In this document: positions 8,570 to 18,282 of the stretch, one piece after another
Layout of the letters: each line of letters opens with the position of its first letter
How positions within the stretch are numbered: position 1 is the stretch's first letter
Sequence record: PX068454.1
Source: a phage
Length of the DNA stretch: 64,000 nucleotides
Strand: one strand, 5' to 3'
Notes under the pieces: generated by a model
The model's input: only the letters and a program-made list of their open reading frames with translations
The model's database searches: none
What the model was told of the DNA's origin: nothing
Translations under genes and position numbers: made by a program

Positions 8570-8803
8570 ATGGCAAAAATTCGTAAATTATCCAGCAATC
8601 AGGTTGTGAAAGACTTTGAATCTGGAGAGATCTTGTATGTCCGTGATGCAGATGATGAATGTGAAGATCTTGTTATGCTGGTAGGGTACGCTGAAGACGG
8701 ATGCATCCAGGCTGTTTTTCTTGAAACAGCGATGGTGCACTGGATAGAGCTGGACCTGAAAGCACGAAAACCTAAAGCAGAAATCATTATTTACGAAGAT
8801 TAA
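8570..8803 (+). CDS. small early protein, possible tandem paralogue 3
   Basis: 77-aa ORF, 1-nt spacing. Confidence 0.45.
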   Translation: MAKIRKLSSNQVVKDFESGEILYVRDADDECEDLVMLVGYAEDGCIQAVFLETAMVHWIELDLKARKPKAEIIIYED

Positions 8804-8819
8804 CAAGAAGGAGAGAGCC

Positions 8820-9269
8820 GTGTTGAGCAAACGTGAATGCGACAGCATTAGCCTGAATTCTTATAAAAAACAATGGTTTGGGGTAGAAGTTTGCCGACTA
8901 CGGCTGGGCTCCTACTTGAACTTCGTCCATTATGAGAGTGACAGTCGTATCGTTTCTTATGAAGTGTTCTACACTAAGAATACATTCGAGCTGAGACGTA
9001 AGGTGGATGGCGGGAGATCTGCCGCCCAGAATAATTGGGAAACTATTCTGCCTCCAGATGTTATAGGAAGTCCCCTGAATGTATCTGAAGATGAAAATCT
9101 TATGGTTCATGCTATGATGGGACTTGACAGCTTAGAGCTGGCGATCTATGATATGTCCATCGAAGCAGTTAAGTTGGACTACATCGAAAACACTTTAGAG
9201 GAAGGTATCAAGAAGTTTCTCGGTGAGAAATTGAAAGCCCACTTTCATAAGGAGCTATATCTGTTATGA
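8820..9269 (+). CDS. hypothetical protein
   Basis: 149-aa ORF, GTG start with SD AAGGAGAGAG. Confidence 0.5.
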   Translation: MLSKRECDSISLNSYKKQWFGVEVCRLRLGSYLNFVHYESDSRIVSYEVFYTKNTFELRRKVDGGRSAAQNNWETILPPDVIGSPLNVSEDENLMVHAMMGLDSLELAIYDMSIEAVKLDYIENTLEEGIKKFLGEKLKAHFHKELYLL

Positions 9270-9511
9270 AGACCCGTAAAGAACGTAACAAGATTTTACC
9301 TGGCGCTCTCGAACACATGATGAAGTGCAGATCTATCTGGCACTCTGCCAAGGAGGGCCAGCATGTGGTCGTGGTTAGTGATAATGTCAACCCGTTCGGT
9401 GATTATGTCACCATGATGACTCCATACATCCGCGACGGTGTTGTGGAAGTGGTTCCTTATAACGGTCTGCATGAGAGGCATTTTGAGAGCACTTTGCTAG
9501 TGGAGCTATAA
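9266..9511 (+). CDS. hypothetical protein
   Basis: 81-aa ORF, ATGA overlap. Confidence 0.5.
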   Translation: MKTRKERNKILPGALEHMMKCRSIWHSAKEGQHVVVVSDNVNPFGDYVTMMTPYIRDGVVEVVPYNGLHERHFESTLLVEL

Positions 9512-9513
9512 TT

Positions 9514-9834
9514 ATGGCGGTCAATGTGGCTTACAACACAGGAAAGCTTGACAGAGACATTGGGTGTCTTGTCCTTTCAGATACAGAGGAGTATTGGGGT
9601 TATGGGTTGCTGTCAGACCCACACCCGAGCAACCTTGTATCAACGGTGCTCTATCGCTACGACCCTGTACCAACGGTGCACGACAAAGATATTCACGACC
9701 TTCGGATCAAGTGTCTGGAAGATCTTCTGAACAATGGCTGCAACGATCTGCGGGTAGCCAAGGAGAAGCTTACAAACATTCACAAAGAGGAAGTGATGAG
9801 CACCCTCAGTAAGAGGTCAGTGCACAAAAGATGA
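9514..9834 (+). CDS. hypothetical protein
   Basis: 106-aa ORF. Confidence 0.5.
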   Translation: MAVNVAYNTGKLDRDIGCLVLSDTEEYWGYGLLSDPHPSNLVSTVLYRYDPVPTVHDKDIHDLRIKCLEDLLNNGCNDLRVAKEKLTNIHKEEVMSTLSKRSVHKR

Positions 9835-10079
9835 TGTTAAACTTTGCGATGGGTATCTACATGGATGGGTATAAGGGAGGGGATCCGATCCTCAAGCTTC
9901 GCTGCCCAACACTGTGGGAAAGAGTGGTTGACAGTAAAGACGGTACTGCCCTGCTAGAACTCCACACTGCAGGTTGGATTTGGCGGTATGTAGACGGATA
10001 CCCTCTGTGGGCATGTGGGCCTGGGGAATTTGTTGACAGACCTAGCGCGGTAGTGGATTTGCTATTGCAGTTTGAATAA
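9831..10079 (+). CDS. hypothetical protein
   Basis: 82-aa ORF, ATGA overlap. Confidence 0.45.
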   Translation: MMLNFAMGIYMDGYKGGDPILKLRCPTLWERVVDSKDGTALLELHTAGWIWRYVDGYPLWACGPGEFVDRPSAVVDLLLQFE

Positions 10080-10135
10080 AAGGTGAGTTATAAAGCATTC
10101 ATACACCTATCAACAATACAACAAGAGAGACTGAG

Positions 10136-10411
10136 ATGACGAAAGAAGAAGCTGACGTATTAGACTTTGCACTGGAGGCTACGCAGGAGGCTTTGGTGTT
10201 AGCTTGGAAAATGAACCAGCGTGCTGCAGAATGCAACCGCCGCATCAATGAGATCCTGGGTATGTCTATGTATGATTTCACCATGCATGCTGGAGAGATT
10301 CCTGAATTAACTGCTGAGATGAATGATCTTGACAATAAAATTAATATCATTCTGAAGACAGCAGAAACAACTCACCAAACCGCCCGTAAATTTATCAACG
10401 AGAAGGTGTGA
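10136..10411 (+). CDS. hypothetical helical protein
   Basis: 91-aa ORF. Confidence 0.5.
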   Translation: MTKEEADVLDFALEATQEALVLAWKMNQRAAECNRRINEILGMSMYDFTMHAGEIPELTAEMNDLDNKINIILKTAETTHQTARKFINEKV

Positions 10412-10878
10412 ATATGGACTACAGCTACTGCGGAGAAGAAGTACCTTTTAACTACAGCAATCTCACCACGAGTAATCCATATGAGACTCGTCACGGCACA
10501 CACATCATTGCTATTGACTTTGATGGAACGTTTAATGCGAGCCCTTTCATCTTCTCCCGCCTTATTAAGGACCTGAAGAAGGAAGGGTGGACAGTCTATC
10601 TTGTGACTTCCCGATTTATCACTCAAGACAACGTGGACATCGAATACTGGCGCAAGGAGCTTGATGTTGGTGTGTTTTATACTGGGGGTGTTCAGAAGGC
10701 AGCCTATCTGGCGCAGTTTGATATCTACCCAGATATCTGGATTGATGATTCTCCGGCATGTATTCCGGCTAAGAATCAGTTAGAGTTTGCAATGAAGGAG
10801 ATCGAGTATAAGTCTGAGGCTAAGCGGAACGGATGGCCCTTTATTATTGAAGATTACCCAGATCCTGAACCGGAGTAA
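10408..10878 (+). CDS. HAD-superfamily phosphatase (nucleotidase-like)
   Basis: Motif I HIIAIDFDGTF (DxDGT), later S/T motif LVTSR and C-terminal IWIDDSP acidic motif. Confidence 0.6.
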   Translation: MNMDYSYCGEEVPFNYSNLTTSNPYETRHGTHIIAIDFDGTFNASPFIFSRLIKDLKKEGWTVYLVTSRFITQDNVDIEYWRKELDVGVFYTGGVQKAAYLAQFDIYPDIWIDDSPACIPAKNQLEFAMKEIEYKSEAKRNGWPFIIEDYPDPEPE

Positions 10879-10883
10879 GAGCC

Positions 10884-11054
10884 ATGAGGCGAAGATATTA
10901 TTACCTGATGTGGAAGTTATATCAAAATGCTGCCAAAGCCTATCATACCATGTTTGGCAATGACGATCACTACATCATGTTACATCTCACCGCTATTAAG
11001 CATCACAATGAGTGGATTCATGCAATCGTGGCAGGTGATAAAGACTTTAAGTAA
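10884..11054 (+). CDS. small ORF (56 aa), basic/aromatic, not in ORF track
   Basis: ATG at 10884 preceded by GGAGTAAG; below the 60-aa track cut-off. Confidence 0.3.
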   Translation: MRRRYYYLMWKLYQNAAKAYHTMFGNDDHYIMLHLTAIKHHNEWIHAIVAGDKDFK

Positions 11055-11180
11055 AATATGCCTTAAAACGCAACAGGAGTCCCTGTAGCGCACTTAACTC
11101 ACCGCAGGCATAAGATTGCATTGCTAGGTAGTTTTGTGCATCATTTTAGTTACAGAGCTTTCTAGACGGAGACTGATTAA

Positions 11181-11561
11181 ATGTGCAAGTGTAAATCCTA
11201 TAATTGGAAAGTGAAAGGTGCCAAGCATCCAAATGTTATCGTTGATGTGCCTAAAAAACTTCGAGACGGCAAAAAACGTGTGTGCCTTGATAAGTGCATG
11301 GCTAAGCCTATCATGAGTCTATGGGCGGCAGGATTGAAAACTCTAAACTGCTGCTGTGGTCATAACAAAGATGTTCCAAGCATCATTATCCCAGAGGATG
11401 CAGACCCTAAAGCTTATGCCAAAATATTGACCCGCTACCCCAGCACCTTTCTGATCGGAAAATGGTGTCACGATGAACTTCAATGGTGGATAGCGTACGG
11501 CAGTGTAGGTGCTGCTTTTGGCTTCCCAGCTTTGTCAGAGCGCTACGTCAAAGCATCATAA
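11181..11561 (+). CDS. cysteine-rich protein, probable zinc-binding
   Basis: 126-aa ORF with CKCK...CLDKC...CCCGH clusters; SD GGAG. Confidence 0.55.
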   Translation: MCKCKSYNWKVKGAKHPNVIVDVPKKLRDGKKRVCLDKCMAKPIMSLWAAGLKTLNCCCGHNKDVPSIIIPEDADPKAYAKILTRYPSTFLIGKWCHDELQWWIAYGSVGAAFGFPALSERYVKAS

Positions 11562-11666
11562 TCTGTTTTAAGGCCTCAAACGAGGCCTGTGCCTTCAATA
11601 ACTCTACCCTCTCTTGTGATTACACTCACCTTTCAAAAAACTTCCCCAAAACGCTTAAAAATGTTG

Positions 11667-11696
11667 TTGACAGCAAACACCCCAGTTTGCTATTCT
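11667..11696 (+). promoter_or_regulatory. sigma70-like promoter TTGACA - 18 nt - TATTCT with palindromic spacer
   Basis: Spacer contains inverted repeat GCAAAC...GTTTGC; SD GGAG and ATG 11730 downstream. Confidence 0.4.
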
Positions 11697-11729
11697 CATT
11701 ATCACAGATACAGAACGGAGTAACAAAAA

Positions 11730-12059
11730 ATGGCACATGTGAATATTAAACTACATTATCATGGTAGAAAACCAAAATATCCAATGCATAAAGTATTTTG
11801 GGGGTTGCATATCCAAGAAAAAGAAGGTATTGGTTACTGGTTTTGTGACCACGATAGACAATGGCATACCCATGAAGAAGTGTGCACTATGATGGAGCAG
11901 GGTATTAAATTTAATTTCTCAAACTATGATCATGGTGTTAATTGCATTCGAAAATTGAAACGATTTCTTAGAAAGAATCCTGAACTTAAAGGGCTTACAT
12001 TCTTTATGTCTCATAACTACATGGGGTATAGCGCTACTGTAACTGCAAGGATTAAGTAA
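11730..12059 (+). CDS. hypothetical protein
   Basis: 109-aa ORF. Confidence 0.55.
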   Translation: MAHVNIKLHYHGRKPKYPMHKVFWGLHIQEKEGIGYWFCDHDRQWHTHEEVCTMMEQGIKFNFSNYDHGVNCIRKLKRFLRKNPELKGLTFFMSHNYMGYSATVTARIK

Positions 12060-12060
12060 T

Positions 12061-12279
12061 ATGAGCAAAGTAAAATTTGTTAAATTTAAAAATCCTAACG
12101 GAATAACAGCCCTTATGATGGGTGTACACTTTACACCGGGCAAAGAGTATGAGGCAGATGTATACAATGGGATAGATGGTAAAGTTGGGATAGGTGTGTG
12201 GACAAACCGTGGAGAAAGATACTTTATCAAGGATATGGATGCTCACTGGGGTATTTGGGAAGTTGTTGGAGATCTGTGA
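12061..12279 (+). CDS. hypothetical protein
   Basis: 72-aa ORF. Confidence 0.5.
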   Translation: MSKVKFVKFKNPNGITALMMGVHFTPGKEYEADVYNGIDGKVGIGVWTNRGERYFIKDMDAHWGIWEVVGDL

Positions 12280-12348
12280 TGATGAAATGAAATACTGTTT
12301 CTTCGGCAATATGTAATATAGATTGGTTAAATATGGAGACTGATAGAG

Positions 12349-12549
12349 ATGGCTGATTTTTGTAAAGACTGTTCTGAAGAGTTGTTTGGTTTTGACTGCA
12401 AAGATTTGGAAGGTCTGATCACTGAGGATCAGTGGAAGGAAGGCTATGCAGCACCTGTTATTTGTGAAGGTTGTGGCTATACCTATGTTGACCATAAAGG
12501 TAAGCGCGTCAAGCCGTCTGAAGATGGGGCATGTTGGGAGTATTACTAA
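12349..12549 (+). CDS. small zinc-ribbon-like protein
   Basis: 66-aa ORF with CKDC ... CEGC pairs. Confidence 0.5.
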   Translation: MADFCKDCSEELFGFDCKDLEGLITEDQWKEGYAAPVICEGCGYTYVDHKGKRVKPSEDGACWEYY

Positions 12550-12553
12550 CTAT

Positions 12554-12587
12554 AAAAAGAAAGGGGCCATTTGGCCCCCTTTTTTAT
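12554..12587. terminator. bidirectional rho-independent terminator
   Basis: AGGGGCCATTTGGCCCCT hairpin flanked by A-run upstream and T-run downstream, between convergent genes. Confidence 0.7.
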
Positions 12588-12597
12588 CTACTCCTTG

Positions 12598-15500
12598 TTA
12601 AAGAGAGAAAGTCGCGTAGGCTCCCAGACGATACTGCTGGTCACCAGGGAACATAACACCTATAGAGGCTGTCCCTAGAATCCTGCCTTCCTTTCCAGAC
12701 TCCATTCTGAACCCTACCCATCCTGAACTCCTTGCAGCCTCGATGTTGTCGCTATACCCGAAAGTGGCAAGATCGTCAACACCAGCCCCAAACAGCAACT
12801 GAAGCTGACTTCTCGGAAGCCCTATAATTTCAGGAATATACGCACCAAAGTACACCATCTGCCCTACCTTAGGACCGCTGCCGTACTCCATCGGTTTGCT
12901 TGTAGAGAAAGTCTTCATACCAGAAGTACCTGCCGGATTAGGGTATGCCCCGTTTGTTGCTGTACCTATCCACATTCTCCACTGTGGTGCCATCTGTTTG
13001 ACAGTAAAAGATGTTGAAGACGTTTTGCGACCTGCATCATCAGTAGCTACAAACGTTATAGTGACATTACCAGGAGCTTTAAATGTTACCAGCCCTGTGG
13101 TAGCATCCACTGTTGCAATGTTGGTATTACTGCTTTCCCAAGTCTTTCTAATCCCAGACACATTGGAAGGGGTAATAGAAGGTTCCTGCATCTGCAGTTT
13201 ACCACCTACAATCCCTATGCCGTTACCGGGGTTATACAACACACCAACTTCATCTATAATGTTACCTGCCTTGAGACTATACTTCCTTGAGAAGTTGTAA
13301 GTTCCGTTATAAGTGTGTGTCCCTGAGAAGGTGACATCTGCTTTTCCGTAAGAGATGCAAACCAAAGCATACTTCCTGTCAGGCAACGTTTCTCCAGTCT
13401 CTGGGTGAGTTTTACCTACCTGGAACACACCCGGGTCAGTGGAGTCGTGGCTATCACTAACGGAGCTTGGACCACCCATCAGCTGTGACAAGCAATTCCT
13501 TACCCATGTCCAGTTATTATCGCTGGAGAAGTCCACAGTCAAATCAAACACAACCCACTCATTTGGCTTCCACACAGGTGTTGTAATGGACTTGCCTACG
13601 CCACCCCCTTGGAGTGTTGCCGACTGTTCGGTGATCAGGGCTGCATAGGCCAGAGTCCCTAAACTCAGAGTCTGGCTTGCTGTCCTTACTACCTTAGAAT
13701 CAGCATCTGTGAAGTTGTTGATTATTTGGAATGTGCCATAAGTGTTTTTACAGGTAATTCTGGCGTTCAGTGTGTCAATCTTCCTCACATCTGCCATAGC
13801 AGCGTTAGACACAGAGAAGTCAGAAGCTTTAGCTGAGTTTGCCGCAACAGCAGGATCAACGTTAAGAGTTGCGTTGAACTGACAGGCAGGGGTAACCAGC
13901 AGCTTGTTATCACCTATTTGCTTCCATGAAACACTTTGAACAGGAAGATTCCATTTAATACCTGAGAAAACTTTAGCAACCCTTGGCCCCAAAGCTCCAG
14001 TCCTGTTGTCTTTACAGCACATAGACATGGTGATCGTTGACGGAGCGGCTTGACCAAACAATTGCTGCGCTTTTGCAGAGGACATAGTGTAGAAATTGTC
14101 CTTAACAAACTCATCAGCAGCTAGAGATCCGTCAGCCCTCCACCACTGAACCTGATACCCTGTTTTATCCCAGCCTCCGACCTGCTTCAAGTCCTCCCAA
14201 GAGATTTCCAGATCCCCCGTGGTCGGGTTGATTGCAGCGGTCCCTGGTGTACCGGATGACCACAATGGGATATCAAACCACGCAGGTTTAACAGATTGCA
14301 CTGCATTAGGACCTATTGCAGCAGCAAGTTGTTGACCCATCAGCACGCGAGCATCTTTCACCAGGCCCCATTCTATCATAGATCCAGAGTAACCTTCTTT
14401 CTTGTAGGCAGAGGATCCGTTCAAATGGATGAGCCTGCTGCAGTCGAAGCCATACGCTCCACCACCGTTAGGATCTGCAAAGTTGGTTATGATTCTATCC
14501 CTAATATTTTTCCATGCCCTACCTCCAATCTCGTAGTCATGGTCATAACATCTTTGCAACGTTGTCCAGCAAATGATTGCCATTCTTCTGCCACCTGTGA
14601 ACCCGAAAGCGCCGTCATTCAGCTCTTTCCACAGGTAACAGTTGGTTGTCCACATAGCCCTGTGGATATTGAACCAGTTTATAGATTTAGCGGAGTTGTT
14701 CCACTGAGTTCCGGGTAATTCAGGCCACACTGCATTGACTAGCATGTCCTCTGTACCGGCATCCATTAAGAAACCTCTTACCTTCTTGCCCATACCTGCC
14801 CTGTCTTTAGCAATCCAATTGCCAAACAGTCTCAGTTTTGGACCATAAACAACATCCTCTGGGTGCTCAAAAGAGACATACTTTAAGTAGATTGTTGGGT
14901 CACCGTGGGTGCCATCACAAACACTTTTGTGCATGTTTTCGCCAAGGTCTAGACGAAGCCCCGTCACTACTTTAGACGTGTCGGTGAATTTGTCTGTTAA
15001 GTCAAATTCATACCACCACCACCCACCACCTAGCATAAATTTCTTGCATCGCACAGCGTCTGTGTCAGATATTCTCTTATCCCCTGCAAAAGGTGAATCA
15101 GCAAACTGATAGTGCAGAGCAGTCTCAAATAGGTGGGTGGAAGTTCCGTTCTCTGCAAGAACTTGCTTACCTATCAGATCGCACTTAATGATCATCACAA
15201 CACGCTTGTATCCGTTTGTTACCGGAACTTGCATAGATATGGATGTTCCATCCATGTTCGATCTTAGATCACTCATGATGATATAGGGGTCGACAGCGTT
15301 ACCTAAAGTTTCAGGCCCTGGAATTATCTTGTATTTCTTGACCTGGCCCATAAATCTGTCACTGGCGTAAGTTGCAGCCTCAAAACAAGAGCCACCACCA
15401 GGTAATTCTCCGGGTCCCCAGAAAAATGCCCCATAGCAGTTATAGAACCACTTATTAGGGTCGTATTTGTTCTTGAAGGTCTGGACCTCGTTGGCCTGTT

Positions 15501-18234
15501 TTGTCAAGAAAACCTGCGTATCTGTAAAGATTGCAGGATTTACCCTTGCCTGACGCGGAGGGTAACCTGTAGTTTGGTTAAACCACAAATTACAAGAGTA
15601 ATCCCTCATATAGTCATAATCAGAGTATTTGTTTACATCTTCGTTCCAACACATGTTTAGGTTGGTACCTCCCATGCATACAATATATTCTGCGACATAC
15701 TTATCACTTCTGGTAGGAATACCTATGAACCATCTGTTAACAGGCTCATCCCAAGCTGTGCGCTCATCTTTAACGCAGATAGCAATCCAGTCATGTGTTC
15801 CTGTTTTCTTGCACACATCTCGCTTCATACCATAGTAGAACTCTTTAGTATTTGGCTCAGGTGCATTTATCAGGTAACTCCATGCCTGATTTGCATAAGT
15901 CCCATTGGTGCGCGGATCATGGTCAAAGGCATACATGATGATCCTTTCCCCACCAAGATGTTCGCCAAGAGTAACTTTGACATTCACATCGCCGTAACCG
16001 TTGCGAACAACATCCATATTGTCAATAGAGATGCCTCTAGGGGTATAGGCAATTTTCAGTGAGTTATCCTCACTAGTGCCACCAAGAGTGATCCCTATGT
16101 TGTTTGTTGTCCCGTCGGCATATCTTACTGTAGCTTCCCAGCGTATTCCGAAATATCCTACATCATGGCTGACAATTTTCAATGTACGAGCGCCAGGGTG
16201 AGGTTTTCCAGGATCAGGCCAAGGGTCTGGGTGTTCGTGGACAGTCAACGACGTTCCGTTTTGCTCGTTAACCTGCAACATTTTACCACCTCTACCGTTA
16301 GGGTTGAACTCCCATACGGCCTGTGTCTGCACCAAGTTGTTGTAGGTATTTCGTCTCTGATCATAAATCTCTTGGGTAACATCATAAGTGACTGATCCAG
16401 CATCCATTCTGTGGAGTCGGACCATATACGATGTATCCCCTTCTACTGCAGGCTGAGTCCCATTCAGTCCGAAGTATACAGTATCGTTAACATGGAACTG
16501 CTTGTTTCTGCCAACGGTATGCCACTTGCCGTTGGACGGATACGCAGGAACTATGGTGTTCCAGTTCAAAGTCCTTGTCGTGTGAGTTCTGCCTGTGCCA
16601 TGCTTGTCATGATAGGTTATTTTTACAGAGTACAGGCCACGTCTGTTAACATTTCTGTTATACTGGGTAACAACAACTTCGTTGGCCCCGCCGTGGTTCC
16701 AGTTGGCGGAGAATTGGTAATTTGCATCTGTAACAACCGTACCTGCAGCATTCACCAGTTCAATCTTGTCAATAATGAACGTAGCCCCATCTGGCTGAGG
16801 CTTCAATTTCATCTTGACCGTGTCACCAATGTAGATATTGCTAACACTGCTAACACCATTAACGTCAAAAATATCCTCAACACCCCAACTGTCTACTGGG
16901 ACATTTTTATACCAATTCTCAGGAACCTCTGTGAACCCCTGACTGTTAAGTCTGCCGCCAAACAGGTTGTTAGAGCCTGCAAAACTTCCCCTTGGGACTC
17001 CTGACCACCAAAGTTTACCATTAACAACAGTGAAGGTTCCTAAGAAACCTTCCCTGTGGATGCCTTGGAAATAAACACTCTCTGTCCAGCTAACTGGCAG
17101 GCGTTGCTCAACATATTTAGCTGTAGCAAGAGCTTGATAGTGGATAAAATCGGCCCTAGGACTATTGTTTGCAGATTGTGCACCAATATCATTGCATAAG
17201 TTGCGAGAGAACCCACGATACTGCTTAGTGCCATTATTGAAGAAAATGCCACTTGTGCCGTACCCACGAGCCATTATTACCTCATGGGTGTAGGTGATAT
17301 TCAGTTCCCGCCATGTATCATCTCCCCAAATGTTTTGACCATAAAATACGTTAACAAGCTGCTGGTCATCGGGTCTGTGCATCCTCTGTGTGGCAATTAT
17401 TGCCCCGTTAGGACCGCACATAAACCCTTTCCACTCCTCATCTGCAGGAATGCCCCTCAAATCGTTACGAGTAATCTGCACAGGAGGCCAAACAAGGTCG
17501 TTTCTACTGTTATTTCTCAGAAAGTCATATCCAGCAATCCAGAAACCTCTAGGACCACCGAAAATAACAGAGTTGTCATGCACCTCGCAGTTGATGCTTG
17601 GGTTTTTCCAAGGACCTGTTTCAGGATTTTCCGATGTTTCACCAATCTTTACAGGGGTTGCATGCTGATTTTTATCTACATGCAAAGATCCGTAGGTGTT
17701 GTTACCAGATCCATACAGGTTAAGTATGCCAGTGCCTTCTGCCTCTGCAATAACCCAGACAGTGTTGTTAATACCACCCATCACCTCAATAAGGCGCTCT
17801 GGGTGGGTGTCAAGGTGCAACCCTTTAACGATCTGTTCAGGAAGAGGTGTCCACTCTCTTACACAAACATCATTACCGCCTGCAGCATCAGACCCAATAA
17901 GCCCTGCAGTGCAGCCGATGTAGAAAAACTGGTTATCAAAAGTTCGGATCACAAACGCACGGTCTGCTCTCCACACATGATCAACGTTCCAGGCAGCCTC
18001 GTTGGGATAGTTTATCGTGTCAAGATCCCCAGTGCGGCACTCTCCGAACCTGTTATAGCCTGTGATATTAAGTTGACCATCATCAAAAAGTATAGCTAAG
18101 CTATTTACATAGGATACTGTAGTGCTTGTGCCATCACTGTTGTCTATTGGGTATGACAGAACAGCAAGTTCCTTAATTCCACCCCTCTTATCGAGGAAAT
18201 GACGACCAAGTTTTAGCAAAGGGATTGGAAGCAT
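12598..18234 (-). CDS. giant virion/tail-fibre-like protein (1878 aa) with Ig-like Big_2-type domain
   Basis: Single uninterrupted ORF; Big_2-like segment NIATVDATTGLVTFKAPGNVTITFVATD near C-terminus; sits at distal end of tail-fibre block. Confidence 0.8.
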   Translation of the reverse strand: MLPIPLLKLGRHFLDKRGGIKELAVLSYPIDNSDGTSTTVSYVNSLAILFDDGQLNITGYNRFGECRTGDLDTINYPNEAAWNVDHVWRADRAFVIRTFDNQFFYIGCTAGLIGSDAAGGNDVCVREWTPLPEQIVKGLHLDTHPERLIEVMGGINNTVWVIAEAEGTGILNLYGSGNNTYGSLHVDKNQHATPVKIGETSENPETGPWKNPSINCEVHDNSVIFGGPRGFWIAGYDFLRNNSRNDLVWPPVQITRNDLRGIPADEEWKGFMCGPNGAIIATQRMHRPDDQQLVNVFYGQNIWGDDTWRELNITYTHEVIMARGYGTSGIFFNNGTKQYRGFSRNLCNDIGAQSANNSPRADFIHYQALATAKYVEQRLPVSWTESVYFQGIHREGFLGTFTVVNGKLWWSGVPRGSFAGSNNLFGGRLNSQGFTEVPENWYKNVPVDSWGVEDIFDVNGVSSVSNIYIGDTVKMKLKPQPDGATFIIDKIELVNAAGTVVTDANYQFSANWNHGGANEVVVTQYNRNVNRRGLYSVKITYHDKHGTGRTHTTRTLNWNTIVPAYPSNGKWHTVGRNKQFHVNDTVYFGLNGTQPAVEGDTSYMVRLHRMDAGSVTYDVTQEIYDQRRNTYNNLVQTQAVWEFNPNGRGGKMLQVNEQNGTSLTVHEHPDPWPDPGKPHPGARTLKIVSHDVGYFGIRWEATVRYADGTTNNIGITLGGTSEDNSLKIAYTPRGISIDNMDVVRNGYGDVNVKVTLGEHLGGERIIMYAFDHDPRTNGTYANQAWSYLINAPEPNTKEFYYGMKRDVCKKTGTHDWIAICVKDERTAWDEPVNRWFIGIPTRSDKYVAEYIVCMGGTNLNMCWNEDVNKYSDYDYMRDYSCNLWFNQTTGYPPRQARVNPAIFTDTQVFLTKQANEVQTFKNKYDPNKWFYNCYGAFFWGPGELPGGGSCFEAATYASDRFMGQVKKYKIIPGPETLGNAVDPYIIMSDLRSNMDGTSISMQVPVTNGYKRVVMIIKCDLIGKQVLAENGTSTHLFETALHYQFADSPFAGDKRISDTDAVRCKKFMLGGGWWWYEFDLTDKFTDTSKVVTGLRLDLGENMHKSVCDGTHGDPTIYLKYVSFEHPEDVVYGPKLRLFGNWIAKDRAGMGKKVRGFLMDAGTEDMLVNAVWPELPGTQWNNSAKSINWFNIHRAMWTTNCYLWKELNDGAFGFTGGRRMAIICWTTLQRCYDHDYEIGGRAWKNIRDRIITNFADPNGGGAYGFDCSRLIHLNGSSAYKKEGYSGSMIEWGLVKDARVLMGQQLAAAIGPNAVQSVKPAWFDIPLWSSGTPGTAAINPTTGDLEISWEDLKQVGGWDKTGYQVQWWRADGSLAADEFVKDNFYTMSSAKAQQLFGQAAPSTITMSMCCKDNRTGALGPRVAKVFSGIKWNLPVQSVSWKQIGDNKLLVTPACQFNATLNVDPAVAANSAKASDFSVSNAAMADVRKIDTLNARITCKNTYGTFQIINNFTDADSKVVRTASQTLSLGTLAYAALITEQSATLQGGGVGKSITTPVWKPNEWVVFDLTVDFSSDNNWTWVRNCLSQLMGGPSSVSDSHDSTDPGVFQVGKTHPETGETLPDRKYALVCISYGKADVTFSGTHTYNGTYNFSRKYSLKAGNIIDEVGVLYNPGNGIGIVGGKLQMQEPSITPSNVSGIRKTWESSNTNIATVDATTGLVTFKAPGNVTITFVATDDAGRKTSSTSFTVKQMAPQWRMWIGTATNGAYPNPAGTSGMKTFSTSKPMEYGSGPKVGQMVYFGAYIPEIIGLPRSQLQLLFGAGVDDLATFGYSDNIEAARSSGWVGFRMESGKEGRILGTASIGVMFPGDQQYRLGAYATFSL

Positions 18235-18244
18235 TGTGTTCTCC

Positions 18245-18275
18245 AGATAAGAAAACCGCCCCGTCAGGAGCGGTT
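18245..18275 (-). terminator. rho-independent terminator-like hairpin
   Basis: AACCGC...GCGGTT stem then T-rich run on minus strand, between 18283..20028 and giant gene. Confidence 0.4.
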
Positions 18276-18282
18276 AGATATA

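Noticed and set aside
16411-18099. Plus-strand ORFs 16411..17004 (197 aa) and 17284..18099 (271 aa)
   Set aside because: Both are fully nested antisense within the 1878-aa minus-strand gene; there are no start signals and the composition is typical of shadow ORFs. The same reasoning applies to other plus-strand ORFs inside minus-strand structural genes (for example 22469..22963, 35833..36330, 52966..53409).
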